Shown: positions 12,341 to 28,444 of the stretch, one piece after another
Numbering within the stretch: the stretch's first letter is position 1
Layout: each line of letters starts with the position of its first letter
From: the human T2T-CHM13v2.0 reference genome, Homo sapiens
Assembly (NCBI RefSeq): GCF_009914755.1
Contig: NC_060933.1
DNA length: 64,000 bases
Direction: 5' to 3' (one strand)
Position numbers and translations under genes: made by a program
The notes under the pieces: model-generated
Databases searched by the model: none
What the model saw: the letters and a program-made list of their open reading frames with translations, nothing else
What the model was told of the DNA's origin: nothing

Positions 12341-14910
12341 CACATCTTCTCCGATTCCACAGCAAAAGATTTAAATCCCTATTCCTACACAGTGCCTCAT
12401 ATATAGCAAGGCCCAAATAAGTGTTGAATTAACTCGTTCAGTCTTTCAACAAATATTTATTAAGTACTAATGACATGCCAGATACTTTCTTAGTTGTTGG
12501 AATATAGCAGTAAACAAAACAAACAACAAAAAGTCCCTCTCTTCCTCGGGCTTCCCTGATAGTTGCATAGGCACAGTAAATAAGTACGTAATGGAATGTC
12601 AAGTGATAGTAAGGACAATGAAGAAAAACAAGCAAAGTAAGGGGATAGGGAGATTTGGGGCTTTTATTATGGATAGGGAGGGTCATGAAGAAAGGGACAT
12701 TTGAACAAAGACCTAATGAACAAAGCTTCCAGATAACTAAAAGGGAAATGGAGTTGAACACTAGTTGAGTGTCTTTTAGTGCCACACATTATCCTGTATT
12801 CCTTTACATATATTACCTCATTTGTCTAATCCCTGTAAAGTAGGTTTTTTCCTAGTTGTGGAAATTTAGGCTCATGTCTTTGAAGCCACACAGCTTGTGC
12901 TGAAGCTGGGACCCAAACCCAGGTTTAGTTGATAACAAAGCCTCATGATGTACCCATACCCATGCAGACAACAAGAATCAATCCCAACACGGGAGTCCAG
13001 AAACTTTCCACACTGAACTTTTTCCTGCCTCGTGGCCAGAAAATAGCTGTCTTGTTCCATTGTGTTCTCAGTACTCTGTGAGGCTGAAGTAACACTCTGC
13101 TTTGAAATCATGTGAATTGGGAACAATATAACCTAACGTTTAAGAAGCAGATAGACCTAGGTTCAAGTCTTTCTGCTTGAACCAGATAGTTCAAGTTTGT
13201 TTGGCAAGTTCATTGATTTGCTTAGTGAATGTTCTGAGAATGCGTATGTGCCAGGCTCTGTGCTGGGGATGTATAGACGTGATGTATGCCTTCATGGAGC
13301 TCACAGGCTGTGTGCCAGGCCTCTTGTTTGTATTGCCTCCAACTTACTTGTGGAAATTACTAGGGCCCACATTTATAGATGAAAAATGTGAAGTTCAGAG
13401 AAATTAAGGGACTTGCCCGAGATCACATGACCAGTAAATGGCAGTCAGGATTTGAAGCCTGAGTTTTTCTGTTACCTTTCTCCTGCATTTTCTGTGTAGA
13501 TGCATAATTCTGGAAAGTGCTAAATGTACACATGGACGTTAGAAGCAAGATTTACAAGAGTAATAGATAGTAGTCAGCAGGCTTATTTTCTAGTTTTTGC
13601 TGTCCTGTTTGTGAAACCTTGGACAGTCACTTAACCTCCCTGAGCCTTGGCTTCCTCACATGTCAGATGAAGGGGTTGTTCTTAGTGGCCTGCCAGGTCG
13701 TTTCTGAAGCTCCAAAATACTGTGGGGCTATGAATTTGTGCTACTAAATGCTCATTGCTGATTTGGATTCTTCTTAGGGTGACTCAGTTGTGTATCACAT
13801 TTTTCTTTCAAAGATCTGGTTGACATAACATGCATTTCTGCAGCCCCGCAAGAGTAAATGATCACTGTCGGTGCATTGTATGTAAGTTTGAAAGATCAGT
13901 GAGTTTAACTCGAATTTCCAAAGATAAGAGGATCTGTTACATTATTTTTTACATTATTTTATTTTGGTTAATGGGTGTAATCCAAGAGAAAGTTGATGGA
14001 CCAAAACCGTCTGCTCCTGCAAACCTCATTTTTTTATATACTTTCTTCCCTTTGACAAGGTGGTGGGGTCATGAGGCCCCTTACTGAATTATAACGTTTG
14101 GTAGTTTTCCAGATAAAAAATGAATGATCTGTTCTTTATTATAGAGGCTGTGTTACGTGAGAGGATAAAGGTTGATTTATAAGTAAGAGGATCGAGGTTT
14201 TTATTTGGTTTTAGCAGTGACTTCCATATGACTCTGGGCACAGCGCCCTAGTTGCTTGCTGCCTTCTAGTTCCTTATTTGTAAAATAGGTTAGTGCATAA
14301 TGATAAGCAGAGATGTGGTGAGATTAATAGAGAAAATAAATTAAGTGGTATGATTTCCTTAAACTATATAAACATAAGATATTACTTCAGTAAACTTTTA
14401 ATTTTCTACATATTATATAATTTTAGGAGAAAAGGATGGAGGGAAGAAGGGAACTAATAGGTCGAGCACCTACTATGTGCCAGGAATGGTTAGGTGCCTT
14501 ACATATTCAGGAAAGCAGAAAAGTATAATGGTTAAATTTTGCGTTGGTGTCACGTAAGCATGAAATTGAGTTCCAACATTTCCTGCTTTTTAGCTGTGTG
14601 ACAGTGGCACCTGTCTCTGCCTCTGTGAATCTCAGGCAGCTCATCTGTGAAATGATAATTTACAGGACTTGCCATATATGCTTATTGGGAGATTTCAGTG
14701 AGATAATGTACATGAAGCTTTTGATGCTTAGTAAGCACCCAATTAATGCTAGCAAATATGCTATTTCCATCATCCCCTTTCACAAATAGGAGCATCATTC
14801 CTTTTTAGGGATGAAGAAAATGAGATTCAGAGAGGTGAGGCATTGGTTCTGGGTCACACAGCTGGTAATTGACAAAGCGGTGAGGAGGAAAATAACACAT
14901 CATATCTTAA

Positions 14911-15328
<418 letters not shown>

Positions 15329-16551
15329 TGATCCTGATTCTTCCACTGCCTAATGATAGTCTATAGGTTTGCTTTTTTGCCTTAACTCTGGATACCCAGA
15401 ACTAAATTTTATTTTCAATTGAAGCAGATCTCACCTATTACCTCACCCTCATTACATTCCTCTGATTCTTATATTCTTATTTAAATGAGTCTACTGAGTA
15501 TGTGACTCTTAACTATAATCTGCCTCTGATCTTTTGGGGAAGTAGGTAAAAGATAAATCCTAAATCAGTAACAGGCCAGGCTTGGAGCCTGAGTGGTCCT
15601 TATCATCAAGACCTCTTTTTACAGCCTCTGAGACTCAGCTCTGCGTGGCTGTTTGCGAGTTTTTTTTTTATCGTGGCTGTCTCCTCAGGTAAATAACCAT
15701 TGAGTCTTAGGGGCTCTGGATTATATCTTTTCCCACTGACAATGTGGATAGCTTTTGTTTGCTTCTCTGGCAGTGATTTTTATTTAGATAAGTTAGTCAA
15801 CTGGATTGGTTTTTTTGGGACATTCCTGTTAATGGAGATATACTGAAATAGTTTCTTCTATTTTTCCAATTCATGTAATTACATTTTAGGTACCATTTAT
15901 CAACCACCTAAACTAGAGGTATAATGCCTGGAAGTGTTGAGCTGAACACTTTACAATTTCTCCCCAAATTCTTACAACACTATGTGGTGAAGAGACTATT
16001 TTAGGCTCATTTGACTGATGAGAGTCCTGAAGCTCATAGAAGTTGATGCCCAATATCAGATAGCTAGTAAGTGGCAGAAGCAGGGTTAGAATTGGGGTCT
16101 TTGTCACTGCCTTTCTTCCTGTTCCTGTCTCCTGATAGAAGATTTATCTGGAATATCAGTCTTTTCACTCCTTAATCAGGGGCCCTGAAAAGTTTTGATC
16201 AGGGGTTCATTTTGTTCAGGCCAGGTTTCTGCCTCCACCTTATTCACATCATCATTATGCCCCCAAGCAAATAAACAAATAAGAATACACTCCCTTACTC
16301 ATTGTTTTACCAAATGTCTATGGGAAAACCACACTAAGTAGAATAGTGGTGCTTTGGTTTGAGATTGCTGAGTTCATGCCTGGCTTTAAATAATGCTATA
16401 AGGAAACTATGAATTCACCCAGGAAACAAAACTACAGATGATTGACTCATTCCTCACCAAGTTTGCATCTTTCCTTGATTGTCTTCCGATTCCTTCATCA
16501 GCGTCTCTGTTGGTTTTATTTTAAATAAAATTACATAAAATATTTAAATGA

Positions 16552-16862
<311 letters not shown>

Positions 16863-18563
16863 TTAGGGAACCACTTTTAGTACCTTGATTTTCTAGATTT
16901 TTTCCAATGCAAAGTCAAGCATATGTCTGGTATCTCCTTCATTTTTCTTGTAATGATATGGGATTATACTATACATAGTGTTCTGTACCTAAAAAAAAAA
17001 ACTTAACAGTGTGCCATTGCTCTCTGTTATGAGAATTCTTCCTCACTCTTTTTCTAAAGGTGTACTATTGGCATTTTACACTTACATTAACCAGTTCCCA
17101 AGTGTCAAGTATCTTAGTTTAAATTTTTTCTCTTTTGCTAACCATGTCTCAATGATTTTCTAAGGCCTACTTCCTGTTCTGCTGGGAGTGGGAAGTGGTG
17201 GCATGGGGACCGTAATTGGGAAAGAAGTGAATGCAGAATGTGGGGGATGCTGTGGCTCTTGCCCTTGATTGAGTGCTTGTTTGCAACATCACTGCATAGT
17301 ACTGCGCTTCTTAGAGACATGGACATTTCAGGGCCAGAAAACCATCTGCAACACACCCAAGTGACCCCTCTGTTGGTACTTAGACCCAAACTTGATGTGG
17401 TTCTTTTAGGAAACCCGATTGGTATTTTAATGCCTCCCCTGGCTCACTGTACGGCAATAATAATATTAAGGAAAGTGACTGTTTACTGAGTGCATACTGT
17501 ATTCTAGGCTCTATACTCTATGATTGAACTCACTCTGTTCCCTATTTTTTATACATGAGCAAAGTCAGCCCGAGTTGTTAGGTAACTTGCTTGGGTTCAT
17601 TTAGCTAGTAAAGGTAGAGTTGAGCAGGATTCAAACTTGGGTCTGTTTTACTTGTAAGTCTGTATTCTTGCATCCATGGACTTCTGAGAGTACTTTCTGT
17701 TTTTGTTTTGTGTTTGCTTCTTCGTTTTTGTAGCAAAGGACAGCAATTGGCATTTTTAAGTTTAATTATATAATAACCCAAACTATGTGGAACATAATTT
17801 ACAAAGCTCAAGTCAGGATGCCTAATCTCACAGTGAACTTGTCTGCCACTTTTTGGTTCAAGAGGCAGTCTGGAATACAGGGTATTTATTTATTTTTACT
17901 CAACTTTATCAAGGTATAACTTATATGCAATAAAATGAATCAATTTCAAGTATATGTGATGATGGCTTTTGACAGATATATGTGTCCCTGTGACTACTAC
18001 CCCAATCAACACAGAGTAGTTCAGTCACCCCAAAAAGTTATCCTCTGCCCCTTTGCATGTCGGTCTTCAATCCTCTTCCTCTGGTCCCGGACAACCACTT
18101 GTCTGCTTTTATGAGGATATAGAGTTTTTATGCTGAAATGTAAAACTTCTAGGACATTCGTAAATTTACTCAACAGACATTTATTGAATACCTATTATAT
18201 GCCAAGCATAGTGTTAGACACTGATGATAAAGTAGTGAATAAGCCAGACAAAACCTTTGCCCTTAATGGAACATTTACTGGGGAGATGGTTAACAACACA
18301 CACATATAGTTTGTATGTGTCGGATGGTCATATTTTTCTCTCTGTAGAGAAAAATAAGGCAGTAAAAGGAAATAAAGCATGCTGTGAAGGTGGGGATAGT
18401 GGTGGTTCAATATTAAGTAGATGTTCATGAAGTATTCAGAGGAAGGTGATACTTGCAGAGAATTGAGGGATGTACAAGAACAAACCATGCCTATATCCAG
18501 CACTGAGGCAGAGGAAGCAGGAAGTGCAAAGGCCCTGAGGTGGGAGTCTACCTGGGATGTTCA

Positions 18564-18997
<434 letters not shown>

Positions 18998-19456
18998 TAG
19001 GCTGTTGGATATATGGACCTGAAGTTCAGAGGACAGATGTGGGCTAGAGAGATAAATTTGGGAATCAGGAACTTATAAAGGAGGCCACGAAATTAGATGA
19101 GATTACTTTAGAGATTAAATATAGATAATGAAAAGAAGAGGTTTGGGGACTAAGCCTTGGACACTTCAAGGTTTGGGGATCAGAGAGATGAGGAAGAACC
19201 AGCAAAGAAGACTGAGAACAGGTGGCCAGTGAGGTAGGAGGAGAACTAGGAAAGTATAGGGTCCTGGAAACCAAGTGAAGAAAGTATCTCAAAGAGGGGA
19301 GGGAGTGATGGGGTCAAAGAAGGTAAGATCTGAGATTATTGGATTTAGCAACATAATTTTATTGATCAATTAATCTGTCTCTGTGGTTAGACAGAGATTG
19401 ATGGGCTTTGGGGTTAGACAGACCTGGCTTCAAATTCCTGTTCTGTCACTGTGGGT

Positions 19457-19882
19457 ATGTCAGCTTGGGTCTTCTGAGAAGCAGATGCCAGGATGGAATT
19501 AGATGTGCAGCAGATGTCTGGGAAAGACAAAGGGGAGAGGGAGCAGGAGTAGACCTAGTGCAGGTGTGATACTGGTGGAGAAAGGGAAGGAAGAGGGTTG
19601 TGGGGAGGGAGACTCACACTGCAGTGCAGCCAGGCTGATGGGGCGTTCCTGAGCAAAGATTGCCCCTACAGCAGCCCCATTTGGGCATAAGAACCTGGCT
19701 TTAGTACCTCTGCCATGTGTGGTCATTGACTGGGAGAAGCACAGTGGATGTGGCCTCAATGTGATCTCAGCAGGAATGTCACAGTGGATCAAGGTGTGGG
19801 GGCTGGAAGCTGTCAGGCATCTGTACCCCTCACAGCAGGTTCTCCTGGAGGGTGATCTGAGCAGCATACCTTCATGCCCACT
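19457..19882. mobile_element. ERVL-class solo LTR (LTR33-like), inserted in a MIR
   Basis: tgtcagcttgggtcttctgagaagcagatgcc start resembles LTR33-family consensus; family assignment by eye. Confidence 0.55.
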
Positions 19883-21235
19883 GCAGTGAACTTGGGCAAG
19901 TTGCTTAATTTTTTGAAGCTTCAGCCTCCTTATCTGTAAAACTGGAGTAGTATTTATGGTTTTGAAGAGTAATAGGATATTATATGTGAAGCTCATAGTG
20001 TGAAGCCTGGCATATCATAGGTACTTAAATTTTAATTCCTTTATCTTAGAGTATTTGTTATTATCTAATCCTCCTGGTTAAGGAGTTCTTGGAAATGTCC
20101 TTTTCCTGATTATTTGGGAGTAAAACTAATAAGTAATATTTTATTTCTGTTTGCTGATTTCTCTTTTAATCCTTAATGCCCTCCTTCCTTCTCTTCCTCA
20201 CTAACCCCCTTCCTGAAGCCCCATGTTCTTTTTTTCCCCTATCTTTTCCTGCATTTTTACAGATGGGAGGAGTTGAGTGATTATATTGGAAGTATCTTGG
20301 AATTTAACTTGCTTGGGCATACTGTAGTTTGATTGTTAATAAGCACTTGGTTTGTTCTTTGAATATGAGTTATGTGTGAGCAAGACCTCCTGGAAGGCAT
20401 ATCCCAAATAAGAAAATCTAGTGACTAGTCCTGCCTATGGCATGAGAATTTCTTTACGTTCCTGAAAAAGGCAAGAAGCCTTGGCTGTCCTTGGCACTCT
20501 CAGCCCACTGAACCGCTTCCTAAAGCTTCAAGATCGTTAGATAATTGCTATCGTCATTTTCCTCTGGGCATTTTTGGGGATGATAGACTTTATGGCTAGA
20601 CTAGGCTCTTTCCCCCAGACTTTGTTCCAAGTTGATGATAGGAAGGAGAATGCCACTGAGACCAGGGAGTGTCCTGGATAACAGTAAAAAAGCCTTGAGT
20701 TATAGTTCCTCAGCCTAAATTCTTTCTCACGTGTTTATTCCCTCCACCCCGCCGTCCCTCATATGCTGATGTGCAGTTTCTCACGAATGATAACCAGGTT
20801 TTTCCAGGGAGAGCAAGCTGGGTAAGGCAGAGCAGGGTGGTCCCCAGGCTGAGGTAAATGTGGAGGGGAAGCTGTGTAGCTAGGGAGAGCTGCAGTTGAC
20901 AGCTGCAGGAGCCAAGGTGGCAGTCAGAAAAACTCTAAAAAGAAAACCAGTAGAAAGAGCTTTGTGCTTTTAGGCTACTTATTTCAACTCTCTGACCCTT
21001 GGTTTCCTCACCTAAAAATGGGATCATAGAATATTTACTTTTGTGAAGATTTGTTGGGAAAAGCTCCTGTGAAGGATAGAGGGGAGAAGAGAACAGGAGT
21101 AGACAGGGATAACCTTCGGACAGCAGTATAGGTCTGACACCAGTGAAGAAAGGAAAGAAATTCAGTAAATGAGAGTTAATACTATTTTTTAAGTTGTCAT
21201 GATCAGGTTAGCCATTGTTACTGAGTATTCTATGA

Positions 21236-21560
<325 letters not shown>

Positions 21561-21699
21561 TGCATGGTGATTATTAACTGTTATGGGGGAGTATTGTCTG
21601 TCTCTACTGCCGTGAGGCGTGCTGCCTGTCATCAAGCTTTCTACCTAGGATACAAGTATTGTTCAATGTTGAGAACTAGATAGGCATATGGCATTTTTG

Positions 21700-22625
21700 T
21701 CACCTTCATTGAAATATAATTCACCCATTGAAAGTGTACAACTCAATGGTTTTTAGTACTGTATAGTCATAGAGGTGTGCAACCAGTTATAACCACAATC
21801 CATTTTAGGACATTTTCTTCATCACCCCAAAAAGACACTCTACCCACCAGCAGTCACTCCTGACTTTGACCGCAGAACCTTCTCCTAGGGATTGCTGTAG
21901 GCTATTACTAATCCACTTTTCTATCTCTGTGGGTTTCCTAGTTCTGAATATTTTATGTAAGTGGAGTCACACGATATGTGGTCTTTTGTGACTGGCTTCT
22001 TTCTATTTGCATAATGTTTTCAAGGTTCTTTCACGTTGTAGCACGTGTCAGTACTTCATTCTTTCTTATTGCCAAATAATATTCTATTATATGGCTATAC
22101 CACATTTTATATATCACTTCCTCAGTTGATGGCCATTTGGGTTTTTTCTACTTTGGGGCTGTTAAATGAATACCACTGCTATGAACATTATTGTGCAAGT
22201 TTTTTGTGTGAACATGCTTTTAATTCTCTTGGATATAAACCTAGGAGTGGTTTATGACCAGTTAATTGCTGGGTCATATGGTAACTCCATGTTTAACTTT
22301 TTGAGGAACTTCCAAACTTCCACAAGGACTGCACATTTTAAATTCCCACTAGCAATATATGAGGATTTCAGTTTCTCCATTCCTTTGCCAACACTTGTTA
22401 TGATTATCATCCTAGAGGCTGTGGAGTGGTATCTTATTACGGTTTTGATTTGCATTTTCCTGATGACTGATGGTGCTAAGCTCTTTTCATGTGCTTGTTG
22501 GCCATTTGTATATCTTCTGTAGAAAAATGTCTATTCAAGTCCTTTGCCCATTTTATAATTGGATTGTTTGTTCTTGTGTTACATGATTTCTTTATATATT
22601 CTGGATATTAGACTCTTATCAGATA
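21700..22625 (-). mobile_element. Old L1 (L1M-type) 3' region, antisense
   Basis: Characteristic ttgctgggtcatatggtaactccatgtttaactttttgagg and aatgtctattcaagtcctttgcccatttt. Confidence 0.85.
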
Positions 22626-22909
22626 CATGGCTTTCATCTTTTTTAATTGCAAAAATAACATACGTTTATCCCAAAAATTCAGATCCTACAGAAGTATAAC
22701 GAAAAGTTCATTTATTGTTCCCCAGTTGTTCTTCCCAGAAGTAACCATTGTCAGTATATCCTTCCAGATTTCAAAAGATGAATATGCAAACCTAAATAAA
22801 TATATTATATATATATATATATATTTAGTTTACATAAGTGGGATGAAATGTCTACAATACCACAACTTGTTTTTTTCCCCCTTTGACTTAATATCTTGTG
22901 TACTTTTTA

Positions 22910-23165
22910 ATTTTATCTTTTTGAGACAGGCTTTTACTTTGTCACTCAGGCTCGAGTACAGTGGCACAATCACAATTAGTGGCCCTAACCTCCTGGGCTC
23001 AAGCGATCCTCCCACTCAGCCTCCTGAGTAGCTGGGACTACAGGCATGAGCCACCAAGCCTGGCTAATTTTTAAATTTTTTGTAGAGATGAGGTCCCACA
23101 GTGTTTCCCAGGTTTTTCTTGAGCTCCTGGGCTCAAGCAATCCTCACCTCAGCTTCCGAAAGTTG
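22910..23165 (-). mobile_element. AluJ, antisense
   Basis: ctcctgggctcaagcgatcctccc signature. Confidence 0.9.
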
Positions 23166-23453
23166 TGTACGTATTTTCATGGTGATCGCATTGTTCTTTT
23201 GGCTGCCTAGAAATGCCCTTTTGAGATGGATTTAATACAGAGGAGGAAACTAGGGATCCGAAAGTTTAAGTAACTTGCTCATGGTCATAGATTAGTAAGT
23301 GAAGGAGCCGTTATTCAAACTTGAATCTGTCTGTTTCCAAAGCCCGGGCTCTTGCCATGTAATCACATTTGCTCCTTGGGCTGCCGACGTGAAACCTACT
23401 TCCTTTCAGTGGCCTGCCTGTGCTAGCTGCTATATTGCCTTGTGGATCTTGTT

Positions 23454-23581
23454 ACAGAGTAGTGTCTATAGTTTGTACATTCCAGGAAGTACTGGTAATA
23501 CCCTTTTCTACATCACACACACACACACAGAGTAGTGTCTGTAGTTTGTACATTCCAGGAAATACTGGTAATACCCTTTTC

Positions 23582-23617
<36 letters not shown>
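23454..23617. repeat. Two-copy ~73-bp tandem duplication, each copy ending in a (CA)n tract
   Basis: acagagtagtgtct..gtttgtacattccaggaa.tactggtaatacccttttcta at 23454 and 23527. Confidence 0.92.
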
Positions 23618-23622
<5 letters not shown>

Positions 23623-24463
23623 AGGGATATTGAAAGAAAAAAACTCTCAAAGATGAATGCCTCATGACCTGACTTGGGCTGGGGCAGCCACAAACTGCAT
23701 TTGAGCAACTGCAGCTGCTTCTTTAGCCTTTTTATTCCCACTGCCTGCTTGCCATTGCTGCATTTGCAGAGTCATTCATTCTCCTGGTTTGTTCCAGTAC
23801 ACTGTTTCTTTCTACTTTCCAGGCCTGGGTAAGCCTTCATGCAGTTTTTGAACACCTGTCTTCTGCTCAGTGTTGCTTCCCACCTGGCCTGTGGCTTTTT
23901 AGGAGTGCATCTTGCTATTGCAGGTCCCAAGTGTGTGGAATGGGGCTCCTTCCCAGCGTAGATGTACCAATTGAAACACACAAGGATGTTCAGTCAAGAA
24001 TCGAAAGCGTAGGATAGGCTGAAGAGCAAGTTGCCACCAACACTTATGCAAAAATTGCACCCAAAAGGACAGGCTACTCTTGTCTCTGCCCCTCCTCTCT
24101 TCTCCATGCCTTGTATCATGCACCTATTTATGGTACCTACCGGTTGACTACCACAGATCAGATCACTATTCCATTGCATTCCTCCATAAATTCCCTCTCT
24201 TCTTTCTCCTTACTGCTCTTGGACGTGTTGGGGAGTAGCATGAATTATATATCTAAGCCGGTCTTAATGTGAGAGTAGTACTGTTATTACCACCACTGGT
24301 AAGAATAGTTGCTAGATTTGTCTAGCACCAACAAGAGAGGAAATAGAGCAGAAGGCCTGGAATTTAGGAGTCAGGCTATACTGGACTCAAATCCTGTGTC
24401 TGCCAAGAACTTGTTGTGTGACCTTGGGCAGGTTACTTGATCTGTCTGAACCCCCACTTCCCA

Positions 24464-24983
24464 CTTTTTTTTTTTTCCAGACAGGGTCTTGCTTTGTTAC
24501 CCGGGCTGGGGTGCAGTGGCATGATCATAGCTCACTGCCACTTCGAATTCCTGGGCTCAAGGATCTTCCGGCCTCAGCCTTTCAAGTAGCTGGGAATACA
24601 GGCATGCCCCACTATGCCCAGCTAATTTTTTAAAAAAACCTTTGTAGCTGGGCACTCTCTCTCACACTTGTAATCCCAGCATCTTGGGATGCTGAGGCAG
24701 GTGGATCACCAGAGGTCAGGAGTTCGAGACCAGCCTGGCCAACATAGCGAAACCCCATCTCTACTAAAAATACAAAAATTAGCCTGGTGTGGTGGCACGT
24801 GCCTATAGTCCCAGCTACTCAGGAGGCTGAGGCAGGAGAATCACTTGAACCTGGGAGGCAGAGGTTTGCAGTGAGCCGAGATTATGCCACTACACTCCAG
24901 CCTGGGAGACAGACTGAGACTCATCTCAAAAAAAAAAAAAAAAAAAATTGTAACGATGGGGTCTCACCATGTTGTCCAGGCTG
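24464..24983. mobile_element. Antisense AluJ interrupted by a sense AluS (about 24648-24947), both inside a MIR
   Basis: AluJ resumes after the inner polyA at ttgtaacgatggggtctcaccatg; outer ccacttt duplication. Confidence 0.88.
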
Positions 24984-27903
24984 TCCACTTTCTAATCTGT
25001 AAAATCCAGGTACTAATACCACTAATGTCATAGGAATGTTATGAAGATTTACTGAGCTAATGCATGGAGAATGCATCAGCTCAGAGCTTGATACAGGGAA
25101 ATGGCTCTGTAGCAGTTATCATTATTATTAGTACTGAAGGGGAGCAGATGACACTGGGGTCAGGTGGCTGGGCAAATATAAGTGGGCCTTGCTGTGATAA
25201 TAATTTGGTCTCTCCTTATCTTCTTCTCTTGCTTTATTTTCTTCATACACTTTGTGTCACTTTATCTACTTAATTGTTTACTGTGTCTGTCTCTCTTTCA
25301 CTAGAATGTGAGTGCTTTGAGAGGAGAGAGGAAGAGCTTTGTCAGTTTTGTTCATTGCTGTATTCCTAGGCCCTCAAACAGAGCCTAGCATGTAGTAAGT
25401 ATGCAATAATGTAATCATTGTTTCTGGAACATTGTGCCAACTGTTGTTCCAGGTGCCATTTATGTATTAGCTAATATACTCGTAACAACTTTTGAGATCA
25501 GTATGTTATCTCTATCTTACAGATGAGGTAACTAAGTCACAGAGGAATGGGTTTTTTTGTGCCCAGTGTTACACAGTTAATAAGTAAAAGAACAGGCTGT
25601 CTTTCTCCAGAGCCTGGGCTTGTAGCCACTATGCTGTGTTCTCCCCCAGTAGGAAACATCACAATTACTTTTATTAATAATATTATTGATAACTTAAAAT
25701 AGTTTATTACCTATATATGCAAAGTTCTTCAGCTGTCTTCTCTCATTTGCTCATAACACTGTGGAAAAATCCTGTATGGCCTCCCTCATCCCCCTGCACT
25801 TGACAGTTGAGGAAATAACAGATAATGTGTATTGAGTACATCCCATGTACCAGCACATTTATTAGCTTGTTTAATCCTCACAATAATTAAGTTGTTGTAA
25901 GAGGGACCGAATGGGAACAGAGGAGAACAGTGAAGTAAATGGTATTATACACATTTGACAGATGGAAAAACTGAGGCAGAGGTGAAATAACTTGCCCAGG
26001 GCCACAAAGCTAAAAACTGATAGATCTGGACCTCAAGCCCCAACAGTCTGACTTCAGAGCCCGTTCTCTTAAGTGCTTCACCTGACAACCTTGCGTTCAG
26101 AGAGGAAAAATTAAAGTCCACAGGTACTCAACTTGTAAGTGTCAGAGCTGGAATTGGAAATCAGGTTTGCTTTGACCACCAAACTTGTGCTTTTTCGCAT
26201 GTATGATGGAGCTGAGGCAAGAGTTATGTCTACTCACCCCAAAACTTGGGTTTCCATCCTTCTGTGGCGACAGGGAAAGAGAAGACAAGTGACTTAAGAC
26301 CACTCAGCTGGGAATGTGGAGCTGTGACCCCGACCTTAACCTCCTTTCTCATTTGGTCAGGCTGGGCTGTATTTCAGAATGGTATGTCTGGTTTAACCAG
26401 GCATCAGTCACAGAATGGTCCTTTGAAAGCAGGTGCCCAGTTGTGTCCCCAGAGAGAACCAAAATTACTACTGGTATTAGAAGTCCTTCCAAAATGTATG
26501 ATTTCCTTGGGCTAAAGGGACACCTACAGAAGATCTAATGTCTTTATGAGACATTAATGTACGTAAAACAGGCTAGTGGGATGAGGCGAGGGTGGTGTCC
26601 CTAGAAGCATAGGAAATCTGGCTGGGCTACACAAACAAAAACATTTCCGTCAGGACCGGCAGCCCCAAGGCATGGGGCAGCTCCCACTGGCAAACAGTGA
26701 AGCAGGAACGTGGTGCTGCTGATTTCAGGCCCATGCTCCTGTAGGGGGGAGTCCCGGAAGCCCAGGGAGGAGGTGGCAAGGTTTCTGTCAGTGGCAATGT
26801 CAGGAATGTATCTTGATAGGCCATTCCTTGAAAGTGCAGCTTCCTTCTCCCTTAGCCTGCTCCCCACAGCTGCTGGAGCAGAATTCCTGTCCCCTGCTTT
26901 CCCCATTGCCTTCTGCTCTCCTCTGTTCCCATTCTGTTTCTCTCTGCTCACTATCTGCTCAGTTGCCTAAGCACCAAGTGGCTAAATCCTTTGTGACCAT
27001 TTTCTCTCTCACCACTCGCATCCTATTCTCCCCAGGAGAGAAGTCCTGGAGATTCTGTAGTAAGAATAATTTACTCAGCTATCCTTTGTTGAGCTCTTAC
27101 AATGCATACATATTGACAGCACGCCAAGTACTTATCCCCCATTATTTCATTTAATCCTCCCTTCCACCCTCTTTGTAATATTCTTACTCCCATTTTATGT
27201 AGGAGAAAACTGAGTTTGGAGAGGCTGAATAGCATACTCAAAATTCTGAAGCTAACAAGTGGCAGAGCTGGGATTTCAGCTTAGGTCTTTTTGGCCCTAA
27301 ACCGTGTCCTTTCTACATTTTAAAGCCCCCTTCAAGTGTCCAAAGAGCCTTCTGAAGTTGAGTGTCTGTTGCATTAACAACTTTTTTGCTGTCATTACCT
27401 GAGCTGAGCCTGGCTTCCTCTGATATGCACCTGGTGTATAGCTTTGTACATGTGTTGCATTCTCATTGAAACAATAGGAAGTATCATTTCAGTCAGTGGG
27501 ATTCTCTGTTGTGTGAGTTAGCAGTGGGGCATGCCCTCTGCTTATTGTTCATAGGAACATGCTCAAGGAATTTTTCAGGAAGGCCCCCATCCAGGATGTT
27601 ACTGGAAGATCTGCCTGGTGGAGCTTGTACAAACAAAGTATGACCCTGCCAGCTCAGCCAAAACCCCTGCCTTGTGCTAGAGGCTCTCTGACCCTAGCGG
27701 AAAAGGCTTCCTCACCCAGCCAAGAAACTGCAACAGGGTGGGTCCTGAGCTCCCTGTCTACCTGCCTAAAGGCTCCTGGTCAGACTCTTGCCATGTATTT
27801 AGATCTGGTTTGTATATTGCTGTCTACACAAACTACAAATCTGATCAAGTTTCTTCTTATTTTAATGTAAAATATGCATTTTTAAAATGTACTGTTTTAG
27901 TCT

Positions 27904-28432
<529 letters not shown>

Positions 28433-28444
28433 TTGTATTTTAGT

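Noticed and set aside
19499-19996. 165-aa minus-strand ORF
   Set aside because: Runs across a MIR and an LTR relic; no coding signature
22045-22522. ORFs resembling the L1 ORF2 C-terminus (MRYH..., ELPYDPAI)
   Set aside because: Decayed fragment of an old L1 with stops and frameshifts
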